Assembly (NCBI RefSeq): GCF_009914755.1
Contig: NC_060933.1
Length of the DNA stretch: 64,000 bases
Reading direction: 5' to 3' (one strand)
Source of the DNA: the human T2T-CHM13v2.0 reference genome, Homo sapiens
Positions 1-15,985 of the stretch are shown here, in pieces. The notes under the pieces are model-generated. The model was not told where the DNA came from and ran no database searches. It saw nothing but the letters and a program-made list of their open reading frames with translations. A program made the translations under genes and the position numbers. The stretch's first letter is position 1, and each line of letters opens with the position of its first letter.

Positions 1-3900
<3,900 letters not shown>

Positions 3901-3944
3901 GAAATATCAAAGACTTGGTAATGTAAAAATATAAGGACAGCCAA

Positions 3945-4137
3945 AAACAAAAGAGAGTCTGGTGCCTCCCTCCCGTCTCTTACCATGTGACAAGCCAGCT
4001 CCTCTTGCCTTCCTCTATGATTGTAAGCTTCCTGAGGCCTCACCACAAGCAGTTGCTGGTGCCATGCTTCTTATACTGCCTGTAAGACCATGAGCCAAAT
4101 AAGCCCTTTTTCTTTATTTTAAAAAAAAAAAAGAAAA
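3945..4137 (+). mobile_element. MaLR LTR (MSTA/B-like) fragment ending in poly(A)
   Basis: atgattgtaagcttcctgaggcctcacc...gccatgcttc...tgagccaaataagccctttttcttta matches the MST LTR up to its poly(A) site, then A12 at 4121-4132. Confidence 0.8.
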
Positions 4138-5894
4138 ATTATAAAGTACAGAAAGAAAAAACTATTAACCAAGAATTATCTGGCAAAACTGTCCTTCAAA
4201 AATGAGGGGGAAGTTATGACATTCCAGGGAGCTTGTTGCCACTATTCCTGATTACAAGACATATTAAATGGAGTCCTTTGAGTTATAATAAAAAGATGGT
4301 AGTTAACTCCAAGCCACCTGAACATATAAAGACTCTCCAATAAAGGTAAATAGACGGGCAGACATTAAAACCAGTATTATTTTGTTTCATAGCTCCACTT
4401 TTTATTTTCTATAGGATTTCAAAGAAATGCATAAGAAGTAATTATAAATCTGTTAGTGAATATACAGCATATAGATATAATTCTCAAACCAATAATGTAA
4501 AGTGGGGATGGGAAACAGAGTGGTATACATGTAGAGTTTTGTATGAAATTGATATCAAAATTCAAATTAGATTGTTATAACTTTGGGATATTATATGTAA
4601 TCCCCATGGTAACAACAAAGAAAATATGTATAGCCAAAGAAGAATGAGAAAGGAAGCAAAATTTGTCACTATAAAAAAACAACTAATCACAAAAGACAAC
4701 ATAAGTGGAGGGAATTACAGGGGAAAGCTATAAGATGTACATAAAAACAAATAATAAAATGGCAAAAGTAAGTTCTTCCCTATCAGTAATTACTTTAAAG
4801 GAATCAAACCCCCAAAGGCATAGATTGGCCTAGTAGATGTTAAAAATAAAAAAGACATGATTCAACTCTATGCTGTCTACAGAATACTTGCTTGAGATCT
4901 AAAGAAAAAATTAGGTTGAAAGTGAAGGAATGGAAAAAGTTATTCCATGTAAATAAAAACCAAAAGCTGAGGTAGCTATACTAAATCAAACAACATAGAC
5001 TATACAGTGATAAAAGGGTCAATATACCAAGAACATATAACAATTATAAACATGCATGCACCAAACATCAGAGCCCCAAAGTATATGAATCAAACATTGA
5101 CAGAATTGATGGGAGAAATAATTAGTTCTATAATAGAAACTTCAGAAACCCACTTTCAACAATGGATAGGACAACTAAACAAAAGATCAGTAAAGAAACA
5201 GAGCAACTGAACAATACTATAAACCAATTGGAGCAACAGACATACAGAGGACTCCACCCAATAACAGCAGAATACTTGTTTTTTCTCAAGTGCACATGAA
5301 AAATTATCCAAAAAAGGACTATATGTTATGCCAAAAAATAATTCTTAATACAGTTCATAAGAATGAATGTATACAGAGTATCTTTTCCAACCACAGGGAA
5401 GGAAACTAGAAGTCAACAGCAGAAGTAAACTGGAAAATTCACAAATACGTGGAAATCAAACAAAACACAAACAGTAAATCAGTCAGAAAAGAAATAACAA
5501 GGAAAATTAGAAAATACCTTAAGACAAGTGAAAACAAAACCACAACATACCAAAATATATGGAGCACAGAGAAAATAGTGCTAAGAGAAAATTTTATGGC
5601 TGTAAATGCTTACATTAAAAAAGAAAGACTTCAAATCAACAACTTAACTTCACACCTTAAAAATTTATAGAAAATGAGCAAACTAAACCTAACGCTAGCA
5701 GAAGAGGATAATAAAGATTAGAGAATAGTAAAGAAAACTCAGCAAAACCAAAAGTAAATTCTTCAAAAAGACTAACCAAAATAGACAAACTTTTAGCTAC
5801 ATTGGCAAAGAAAAAAAGAGAGAAGACTCGAATTCCTAAAATCAGAAATGAAAATGGAGACATTACTACCAGTCTTACAGAAATAAAAAGGATT
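4138..5894 (+). mobile_element. Ancient L1M: ORF1 end, spacer and ORF2 endonuclease region
   Basis: ORF1 C-terminal remnant (AKLSFKNEGE); ORF2 remnants [56 protein letters not shown]. Confidence 0.88.
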
Positions 5895-6192
5895 GGCCAG
5901 GCACGGTGGCTCATACCTGTAATCCCAACACTTTGGGAGTCTGAAGCAGGCAGATCACTTGAGGTCAGGAGTTCAAGACCAGCCTGGCCAACATGGCAAA
6001 ACCCCATCTCTACTAAAAATACAAAAATTAGCCAGGTGTGTTGGTGGGTGCCTGTAGTCCCAGCTACTTGGGATGCTGAGGGTCAGGAATTGCTTGAACC
6101 CAGGAGGTGGAAGTTGCAGTGAGCAGAGATCACACCACTGCATTCCAAGATTCTGTCTCAAAACAAAAACATAAAAAGAAAAAGAAAAAAGA
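5895..6192 (+). mobile_element. AluS
   Basis: Dimeric Alu with tactaaaaatacaaaaatta linker and A-rich tail. Confidence 0.92.
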
Positions 6193-6497
6193 AACCAAGT
6201 ATTAATCAAAAGTAAAGTAGACTGGAAAATTCAATCATGGTATGTTCATAAAATAAAGTGCTATACATCAATGAAAATGAACTTCAGTTATATACATAAT
6301 ACACAGTAAGAAAACACCAAATACAAAACAAACATGAAATATGGTTCATTTATGTAAATTTCAAAAACAGGCATAAACTAAACTGTTTTAAAAGTTAAGT
6401 CTCAGTGGTTACATGTGCAGATGAGGAAAGAGACTAGAGAGTAGACACAAAGTAGGCTCCTGAGTTGCTGACAGCATTTTATTTCTTCACGTGTATA

Positions 6498-6650
6498 CAG
6501 GACTAGCTACATAATTTGTGGGGCCCAGTGCAAAATGAAAATGTGGGGCTGCTTGTTCAAAAACTATAATGAATGTCAAGGTTGACAGTAGAGCATCACA
6601 CCAACCACAGTTTCCTTCTAAGGGGGTAGAGACATCCATGCAGCTAGCTT
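6498..6650 (+). mobile_element. MER45A-like hAT-Tip100 MITE
   Basis: ctacataatttgtggggcccagtgcaaaatgaaaatgtggggc...ttgttcaaaaa matches the recalled MER45A consensus. Confidence 0.75.
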
Positions 6651-6660
6651 TGCTTCTCTA

Positions 6661-6884
6661 CAGTTGTCCCTTGGTATTCACAGGTGATTGGTGTCAGGAG
6701 CACCTGCATATATCAAAATGCACACAAACTCAAGTCCTGCAGTCAATCTCACAGAACCCGCATATACAAAAAGTTGGCCCTCCACATACATGGGTTTCAC
6801 ATCCCAAGACCTTTGGTTGAAAAAAAAAAAAAATGTATAAGTGGACCTGCCCAGTTCAAACCCATGTTGTTCAAAGGTCAACTA
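6661..6884 (+). mobile_element. MER8 (Tigger2-derived MITE)
   Basis: Terminal inverted repeats cagttgtcccttg / caaaggtcaacta, flanked by TA target duplications at 6659-6660 and 6885-6886. Confidence 0.85.
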
Positions 6885-6932
6885 TACTCACTCTATAGTA
6901 ACTCACTGAGATATACTTCATGTTTTAATCAC

Positions 6933-7099
6933 TTTTTTTTTTAGAGATGGGGTCTCACTATGTTGTCCAGGCTGGAGTGCAGTGGCTATTCACAGGCATG
7001 ATCATGGTGCACTATAGCCTCAAATTCCTGGGCTCAAGCTTACTCTTGCCTCGGCTTTCTGCATAGCTGGGAATACAGGCATCCACCACCACACCTGGC
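6933..7099 (-). mobile_element. FAM (fossil Alu monomer)
   Basis: Monomer that keeps the 7SL-like gcagtggctattcacaggc segment absent from dimeric Alus. Confidence 0.8.
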
Positions 7100-7134
7100 T
7101 GTTAATCAGTTTTCTGTATGCACACTGTACTTCA

Positions 7135-7647
<513 letters not shown>

Positions 7648-7856
7648 TTATGTGTATTTTACGATTTACAAAAAATCCCAGTCATTGGTGTTAAGGGGGC
7701 TTTTTTTTTTTTTTTTTTTACATTTACCCCAACCCTCCATGTGTTTGTGAATAATAGTGTCAAACTGGGCCCTTCAGAGTCCAGAAGAGCAATAATTCGC
7801 CTTGGGCACAGCTGTCTGACCCAAGAGAGCTACTTTTACCTTAAATCCTGCTCTTT

Positions 7857-8040
7857 CAGTGGTTCTTAACCTTTGAGGTCATGGATCCCTCTGAGTACTT
7901 GATGAAAGCTAGAGGGAACCTCTTGCTAGAAAAAAGCCAATAAACACAAAACTTTTGCTTATACTGTTAAGGATTAACACCCCAGCACCACCCCCAGTGG
8001 AACCCTAGGGATCCAAAGACCCCCAAGTTAAGAGCCTTTG
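7857..8040. mobile_element. MER117-like hAT-Charlie MITE
   Basis: TIR-like ends cagtggttcttaac / gttaagagcctttg; internal tgatgaaagcta. Confidence 0.7.
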
Positions 8041-8749
8041 TTCTAAAGTGACCTCCATGGGATGCGTATCCTCTTGTTTTACTGAAATAGCAGATGTTGG
8101 CTACATGTTGGCTAAAGGCCTGCTGCTTTTGTATTTCACAGACAGTTGTTGCTAGGTGTATTTACTGTGACAGGGTCAGGCTCCATGAACTCTGGGGAAA
8201 GTTTAACAATCTCCATGAGCACATAGCAAGAGAATATGAGGGAGGACTCTGCATACCTAAGTCTGCTTTCTGTTCAGTCATCCTAGGTTTAACCTGCAGA
8301 AAATGAAGCCAGGGTAAGAAAGGATGGAGTTGGTTATTTGGATGACTTTAGCAAGAAAACGATAAACCATATTACCCTCTCTGCACCGAAGGGGTGGAGC
8401 TATTTAAGGGTCTTCAGTTCTAAAGTCTACTGCCACATTCCTAGCATATTATGCCAAAATATCTTTCATATGATTAATCTGAGAGGAGCTTGACGTTCTC
8501 TTACTGGTTCTACACTACCATTAGCCATTTGCTGGCAGAATGCCCACAGACCACAGGAAATCTAACCATCCCATAAAGAAAACGTATCAGTGAGTGTCTT
8601 TTAGTTAGCCCAAAGAGGGGAAAGATGAATGGTCTGAGAGCCTCCAACAAGACCTACACAAGGATCGTGCATGCCATGCAGCCCAAGCACGGCGGCCTCC
8701 ACCCTTGACTTGGCTAATGTGCGGTATGTTACCTTTTTCTGCTTTCCAG

Positions 8750-8859
8750 TGCAATGGGCCTTGCATCGGGCCTCACCTAGCTGTGCAACACAGACAAGTC
8801 TTCTGCCAGACACGGGATGGCATCACCTTACCATCAGAGCAGTGCAGTGCTCTTCCGAG
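8750..8859 (+). CDS. ADAMTSL1: ADAMTS-like protein 1 (punctin-1), third-from-last coding exon (TSP1 repeat)
   Basis: Acceptor ctttttctgctttccag (AG 8748-8749), donor AG|gtaaga (8860). 110 nt, phase 0 to 2. Reads CNGPCIGPHLAVQHRQVFCQTRDGITLPSEQCSALPR. This frame is absent from the ORF track. Confidence 0.95.
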
Positions 8860-9659
8860 GTAAGAGAAAGCCCTGAATCTCCTTTTCCCAGCCCCATGTC
8901 AACAGCACGGAAAGATGGTGCTGAGTGAATGTTTCTCCTCCAACTAACTTACCACAGTCCCAAGCCCTGCCTGGGACTCCATCTCCATTCACCGCAAGCC
9001 ACTGGCCTCCCCAGAGGCAGATGACTCAGTGTCGGTCTTGTGCTTATCTAATGGGCTAGGCTGGGCTTTTCTCTCTTAGTGATGAAGAGTGCAAGGGTGT
9101 TATTCTTCTGAGAGAGGCCTCATACCTCGAGAGACCTGCACTAGCCCCAGGGTGGTCAGGAGGTGAGGTCTGCACAGCGGCCACCAAGTCTCAAAGGCTC
9201 AAGCCCCTCACTCTTGTTGATCTCCCTCTAGAAGTTAGGCTAAGATGAGAGCCCTTGTTCCTGAGTCTCAACCTACCATTCCTATCCAGTCCCCATCCTT
9301 ATGACACTTCCTTATAGATGTCCCCCTGGGGCACGGGGACTCACCACCCCCACCTAAGAGCCCAGCCTGTGAGACCAGGCTCTGCCGGTGTCCACATGGG
9401 GAGAGCTCATTCTTTAGTCATGCAGTGAGATCCTTATTCATTACAGAGAAGAGCAGATGGAGGCCCAGTAAGAGGAAATAGTCTTCTTGAGATCATATGG
9501 CCTTTTAGTAACAGCACAGAAATCAGAATCCAGGTCTAGTAACGCTGAAAGTTCTTGAGGAACCACCTAACATTTCTGAGTTTGCAGCACTATTTTCACA
9601 TCTGCCCTGATTCAGCCCCCACAGAAGCAAACCTTAACCCTGCCACCATCCTCCTGCAG

Positions 9660-9880
9660 GCCTGTGAGCACCCAGAACTGCTGGTCAGAGGCCTGCAGTG
9701 TACACTGGAGAGTCAGCCTGTGGACCCTGTGCACAGCTACCTGTGGCAACTACGGCTTCCAGTCCCGGCGTGTGGAGTGTGTGCATGCCCGCACCAACAA
9801 GGCAGTGCCTGAGCACCTGTGCTCCTGGGGGCCCCGGCCTGCCAACTGGCAGCGCTGCAACATCACCCCATGTGAAAACA
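9660..9880 (+). CDS. ADAMTSL1: ADAMTSL1 penultimate exon (last TSP1 repeat)
   Basis: Acceptor ctcctgcag (AG 9658-9659), donor A|gtatgt (9881). 221 nt, phase 2 to 1. PVSTQNCWSEACSVHWRVSLWTLCTATCGNYGFQSRRVEC...WQRCNITPCEN has the TSR W/C/RxR pattern, a CxxTCG O-fucosylation consensus and an NIT sequon. Confidence 0.97.
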
Positions 9881-11410
9881 GTATGTTCCAACCCCAAAGA
9901 ACCTTCTGCAAATTCCCCATAGAGCATCGAGTGCAGAGAGCAGTCCCTGGGACCGACCCTGAGCATAGGGCATGGGGTCAGCTTCCCCAGGGATTGTGAG
10001 CTGGTGGTGGAGTTGAGCATTTTCAGTGGGGTGCATGGGTGTATGCAGAGAGGTGTATATAAGCATGACAGGGTATGCCCCAAGGGCTTCCACGATCTCC
10101 ATCCTGGCCCTGAGAGAGCCAGGTGCTATTGGCCCAGTGCTGGAGGAAATCAGCCTCCAGTTCCCCTGCAGTCAGTCTGGCTGGTGCCCACAGGGTCTGA
10201 CTCATCAACAACTCTCAGGGGCCAGGCTACTAAACAGAAAATGCTGTTAACTCTAAAGGAGCACAGAGTGCCTCCTGCTCAGCCAACCAGATCTGCGCCC
10301 ATCACACCTCTGCTTCTCACCCAACAAGGACCAGCTGACCCCCTCCCTCCCAACCCCACAGGCATCCCCTGGAACTGTCCAGGACCCCCCAGCCTTGGAA
10401 TTTGATACTCACTTCACTCCTTCCTCGTCATCCCAATACCATCATTTGTATTCCAGTTGGGAAGGAGTTTATTTTTTTCTTCCTCTGAACCCAAATCAGA
10501 GGTACTTACCCATGAGAAAGGCGGCAAAGCTTGAGGCAAAGAGTAGGAAGTAAAAACCAAATGTAGCTGTGCAGTTTTCTCCCCAACTGGGCCTCACTGA
10601 GCAATAAATTCCCAACACTAAGGCAGACGCCATGTAGGCAAATAGCCCACTTCTTTTTACACGCTGGGGGATGGATGATCTTTGTACTCGGGTAGTGTTA
10701 ACCCATGTTTGTGTCAGTGGCTCACCATGCTCAGAGAGCGCCAATATTCAACGCACATAGTTAAAACTTACCAAACCAAGTCAGCACAATATTTAAGACC
10801 ATCTAGTCTGTGCCGACACTGAACTAGAACGTCCTGGTGCTGTGTTTAAGGCATGATGGGTAGAAGGAAGAGAGACTGGAGGGCACATGAAAATAAAGCT
10901 TAACAGAGAAAGTAGGCCCAAGTGCCTGGGGATGGGGGCACCCGACGCAAGTCTCACTTCACACTCCTGCAAAGTCGGGGAGGATGCAGTGCTGGGAACC
11001 ATCTTGAGGAGGAGAGTCATTTACTTAAAATACCAAAACCCACGGGAAAAGGCAGGTTTGCCTAGGGGGAGAGGTGATCACCTAGGAGATGAGGTAATCC
11101 CAAGAAGATAGAGAAAACAGGCACCTTCAGGAAGTAGAGGGAGCTGCAGAAAACAAGCAGACAGCCCAGGGAGGGGCCCCATCATTCAGCCAGACAGCTG
11201 CAGGCTGGTGCCACCCCTGCTGTTGGCAGCCTTGGGGAGCAAGTGGCTGAGCTCTGTCAAAGTTAGGCTGGAGAGCGGTGGCCAAGGCAGACCCCAGGAT
11301 GTACCCCAGTGGCTGAAACCCCCGGCTGCACCTCACACAGGCTGCGTTCATTAGTCTCTGTTTCACATCTCTTTTCTGTCTCCTCTCCCGACCCCGTCCT
11401 CCTTTCCCAG

Positions 11411-11517
11411 TGGAGTGCAGAGACACCACCAGGTACTGCGAGAAGGTGAAACAGCTGAAACTCTGCCAACTCAGCCAGTTTAAATCTCGCTGCTGTGGAA
11501 CTTGTGGCAAAGCGTGA
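11411..11517 (+). CDS. ADAMTSL1: ADAMTSL1 terminal coding exon (PLAC domain)
   Basis: Long pyrimidine tract, AG at 11409-11410. A|TG completes Met, then ECRDTTRYCEKVKQLKLCQLSQFKSRCCGTCGKA, TGA at 11515-11517. Six-Cys PLAC pattern with CCxTC. Confidence 0.97.
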
Positions 11518-13935
11518 AGATAGGGTGTGGGGAAAAACTCTACCCTGGCCACACGAAGGACTCACGCAACCACCTCGGACAGAACCTAAGCTTTCTTCAT
11601 TTTATTTATTTATTTCCCCCTCCCCACTCCACACACACCCTTCCAACCTCCTCCACCTCCACCTTCAAGCATAAGGACGTCCGCGTGTTTTCTCTTTCAG
11701 TTAGCTGGAGGACAGGATGTTGGGAAAGGAAAGGACAGATGTCTAAAGGAGGTTGCAGAGCAGGCCAGGCAGACAGTGGGGGCTCCCTTGAAGAGCTTCC
11801 TCCCTCCCAAACCTGGGTCTCAAAGACCTAGAAAGAGGCAGGCACAGCCCCTGCGGACAGCAGGGAGCCAGAAGGTTTGTAGCCTATTGGTGCAAACATT
11901 GGACAAATTCCTGTGTCTTTCCTAGAAGCGCACTATCACAAACACAGGAGTGTTTTGCTCCTTTGTCTCCTCTTCCCCATCTATGTCCCTTTAGTCACAG
12001 TTAGGACAAATGGGGAGGGGACACCATGCTGAGGCAGAAACTAGCCCAGAACTCACTCAGTTCTTCTAGTGGGTGAGTGCAGAGAGAGAAGAACTCAGAT
12101 CACCAGTAGGGAGAGGTAAAAAAGCAAACAAAGCAGGCTCTAAGGCACACAACATTGCAGAAAATGAGGAAGGGAGGGGAGGGAAGGGACAGAAGCAAAA
12201 AGGAGCCTGTGGTGTTCCCCAGTGGGGCAGGGTGAGCAGGGGCTTCCAGGCTGCATGAGGCTCATGGACCAGCTCTGATCCCATGCATGTGCGCATGCTC
12301 AGAGCCCTGCTGCCCACAACAGAGCACTGCGCTGCGTGGGAGTCCCCACTTCCCAGGCTATCAGAGTCAACGTCCTGCCTGTGCAGCTGCAGCAAAGCCA
12401 GTGAGAGGTGGGTCTCGCCATGCAGTAAGGCCACCCTGGCACCTCTTTATCTAAATCCGAAGTCCCCTAGCCCCGCACTAACTAACTGCTGCTGTGGGCC
12501 AGGGCCATTTTGAGCATGAATGGCCCAGGTTTTTTGCCTTCTAGGACCTTTGCTGCTCCACCGAAGGGCCAGGGACTATGGTTAACTTATCAACATCAAC
12601 CCATTAACTAGTCACTGTGCCAGAGAGTATCTGTCAGGCTGTCAGGCTGTCAGGTTGTAGCAACCTCTTCATTCCAGAGCTGGCCCAGGGACCGGGGTGG
12701 GACAATGGGTTTATGCGTGTCCACAGTACACCCTCCCTCTCCCAGCCTCCACCCCAGGGTCTGCAGGTCCTCCGGCATGTAGTATTTATCTAGCAAGGCG
12801 GGGTGGTGGAGGCAGCACCCTGGCAAAGCAGCTCACACACTGCAGCCACACTCATCAGCTGTGGTGAGGCGGCTGGAGCAAAGTCAAAGTCATGCAGCAA
12901 AATGAAAACTCTGGGACTCTTCGGCAAAATCCTCATTAAGCCGAGCAGCTTTGGCCAAGTAATTTTTGCCTCCTTCCCTCGCGTGGCCTGAGTTTAGGAG
13001 CAAGGGTGGCCAGAGTCCCTTACCCACAGATAAGCCTCCCCTCATGAAATGCCACTCACCCCGGGCTACCATTGACATCAGGGCTGCATTTCCAGCCAGC
13101 CTGGAAGTAAAATTTGAGAGGAAGACAATATTAATCTGTGTCCCCACCTAGTGAGCTGTGGACAGGTTTAAGTTGGGTCTCCTTCTTCTTCACCACAAAA
13201 ACAGGCTCTAAGAAATCATGTTACTAAAAAATCAGTGTAAAGTCTGTTTAAAATAAAAAAGAATGTTTTCTATGTCTGTATATCTTTTGTGAATATTTAT
13301 TAGGATTTCTTATTAAAAAAGTGCAATATTAATAATTGTACATTGTCATCCAGAAACAAAACTATTGGGGGGACTTTATTAACTAACTTCCTGCAGTTGT
13401 TGTGTTCCTGTAAACTCAGTAGTGATTATTATATTTTTCCTATTTTTAATAGAACCTGGTGTTTAACTCTGGATCCATTCACTGTACAGGATGTGTTGTA
13501 AAAACTAACATGGGATGCTGAGGCAGTAAGAGGGAATTCATTTGTGGCATAATAGTTATGCACGGAATGATAAAGACAGACAAATTCCATACTACTACTA
13601 ATGTGGTTAATTATTTCTAGTTCGATAGTGATTGAAAATCAGTGGTCACTATTTACATTTCCTAAAGAGCAAGCATCCTCCAGCTCCATGTTGGGTTGGA
13701 GCAGTTGGCAGTGGGTCTCAGTGAGCTGGCAGAACCTAGGTTTGGGTGGGAAGCAGAATGCTCGTTGCATGAAATGAATGTACATTTAATGTTTGTTCTG
13801 TGAATTGCAACTCAGCAGCACCACAAGACAATGAAGGCTGCTGGCTAATGTGGAAGGAGGCACTTTCTCCTCTAAAACACAAAACTGTATTTGTATTTTT
13901 TGTACAGATAATACAGCTTATTTATTTAAATCTTG
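11518..13935 (+). other. ADAMTSL1: ADAMTSL1 3'UTR (end approximate)
   Basis: No recognisable interspersed repeats after the stop. AU-rich distal part with AATAAA 13252, ATTAAA 13312, and AATACA 13910 with upstream TGTA motifs and a downstream GT-rich tract. Confidence 0.7.
13252..13317 (+). terminator. Candidate proximal poly(A) signals of ADAMTSL1
   Basis: AATAAA 13252-13257 followed by T/GT-rich tgttttctatgtctgt; ATTAAA 13312-13317. Confidence 0.55.
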
Positions 13936-15371
13936 TCGTCTGAGTCTCTGTTAAACTCAGCCTTCCTTCCCCTGGTGGTTTATGCAGGGAGCAAGAGAAG
14001 TCCCTGTCAGTTGGGTGGTTCCCAGCCAGTTATTTGCGTCTGGCTGAAGTGGAAGGATTGCAGTTTTCATCTTTACACAGGAAGCTGGGGGCCCATGCCT
14101 AGAAGTGCTAGCTCTGTAAATAAACCCAAAGAAGCTGCGTTTGTAGATGTACACACATTCAGGCTGAGTGCAGCCAAATGAGACGACAGTTAACTCACTG
14201 ACAGCCCTATGTGGTGGGAAGACGGAAGCCACAGTACCTTCGGGAAGTGAAGCAAACAGGGACATTGCTTGGGAGAGATGCAGACTTGGGTGTGGAATTA
14301 TCCTCACTCATCAGGCTTCCTACCAACAGAGACACACACAGCGGGAGGCAGCTGCATGGTGAAAGTTCGGATGTATGCTATTAATAAAGACTAACACTTA
14401 TAGATCACAACTACATTTAATCCTCACATTAGCCCTATGATTATCTCCATTTACATATGGGAAAATAGCAGCCCAAAGAAGCCCAAGGTCACCCAGCTGG
14501 GGGAACTAGGATTGAAAGTCAGGCAGTCCTACTCTAGCCGAAGACTCGATTTGACCCACCATGCTGCCTCCAACCCCGCTGCCTGCAACTGCTGTGCCAC
14601 AGCCACCTTTGGCACGCATGCCATTCTTCCCTACTGCTTTAAGGTCGGTCAATGACAGTAACAGGACATTTTACTGAAATTGTCACTTTCTCCTACCCTA
14701 AAGGCAGTTCTTTTACCATGATAGCACTTCTAGCTCCCTATTTTTAAAGCATTTTAATAAAAACAGCTACTGTAGGAAGTGCGGGGGGGAAACAAGCACA
14801 CCTGTAGAACTCTTTATAAACAGGCCCTAGTGAAAGGGCAGCATGTTGCCGGGCGGAGAAGATGTCCATGCAGAGTCTATGGTGAGAGCTGCTCCAGAAA
14901 GCCCAACTCCAGCCGGTCTGCCAGCAGCTCGCCCCGGCACACCACAGGCCTGTCGAACAGTGTGAAAATATACCAGAAAGCTCTTCTTGACATTTCAGTT
15001 ACTTTTTTAAGAGGTTTTAGGTTTTGCTTTAAAGAAAAAGCCAATGCTAAAACTATACCTATTCACAGACCAGCAACCAAACAATGTCTTACAGAGGCCC
15101 CACGGCAGGAGGGAGGAGCTGGAAATGCCAGAGCAAAAACCCAGTAAGGCTCAAATGGTGGGAAGGGCCCCAATACAATGTATGTAAATTTTTCCAGCCA
15201 AAAGCACAGAGTCCTTGCTTAGCCTCAAAGATTTCCAGGAAATCCCTGATCCCATTAAGATCAGAGTGGTCGACAGTCACTGAATCTCATTTATGCCTCA
15301 GTTTCTTCTTCCTGCAACAGCATACCTCATCAGGTAGGGCTGTGTGAAAACCATTAGTTAATTCACATTGA

Positions 15372-15473
15372 ACTGCTTGAACCCAGGAAGCAAAGGTTGC
15401 AGTAAGCCAAGATCACACCACTACACTCCAGCCTGGGTGACACAGCAAGACTCCATCTCAAAAAAAAAAAAAA
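15372..15473 (+). mobile_element. 5'-truncated Alu inside a MIR
   Basis: Alu 3' end plus A-tail, with MIR-like sequence (gcctcagtttc) on the flanks. Confidence 0.8.
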
Positions 15474-15704
15474 GCTTGGGGGGTATCTGGCATATCATCG
15501 AAGCACTTATTGACTGTTAATTGCTATTATCATCAGCATCATCTAAGTTACCTTGGAAGAAACAGGGAGATGAAGGGCAGGGCTGACAGAATTTTTGATA
15601 TTTTACATTACTTCCCATTGTCAGCTTTGAAAGACTCTCCCATGTTTCCATTTTTAATTGAGAAGAAAATCAATTGCTCCTTCAAAGCTCAATACTACAC
15701 AACA

Positions 15705-15985
15705 GCCAGGCACAGTGGCTCACACCTCTAATCTCAGCATTTTGGAAGGCCAAGGCAGGAAGATCCCTCGAGGAGTCTGAGACCAGCCTAGACATGGCGA
15801 GACCATGTCTCTACAAAAAAATTTTTAATTACCTGGGTATGGTGGCTCACACCCGTAGTCCCCAGCTTCTCAAGAGCCCTGGAGCTCAAGGCTGCAGTCA
15901 GCTATGGCCAGGCTACTGCACTCCAGCATGGGTGACAGAGTTAGACCCTATCTCACAAAAAAAAAAAAAAAAAAAAGAAAAAAAA
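15705..15985 (+). mobile_element. AluJ
   Basis: Diverged dimer, aaggctgcagt J-type right arm, A-tail. Confidence 0.85.

Noticed and set aside
9611-9659. Alternative upstream acceptor cccccacag at 9624
   Set aside because: It would add 35 nt and shift the frame. The 9659 acceptor has a good branch-like ccttaac and keeps the frame.
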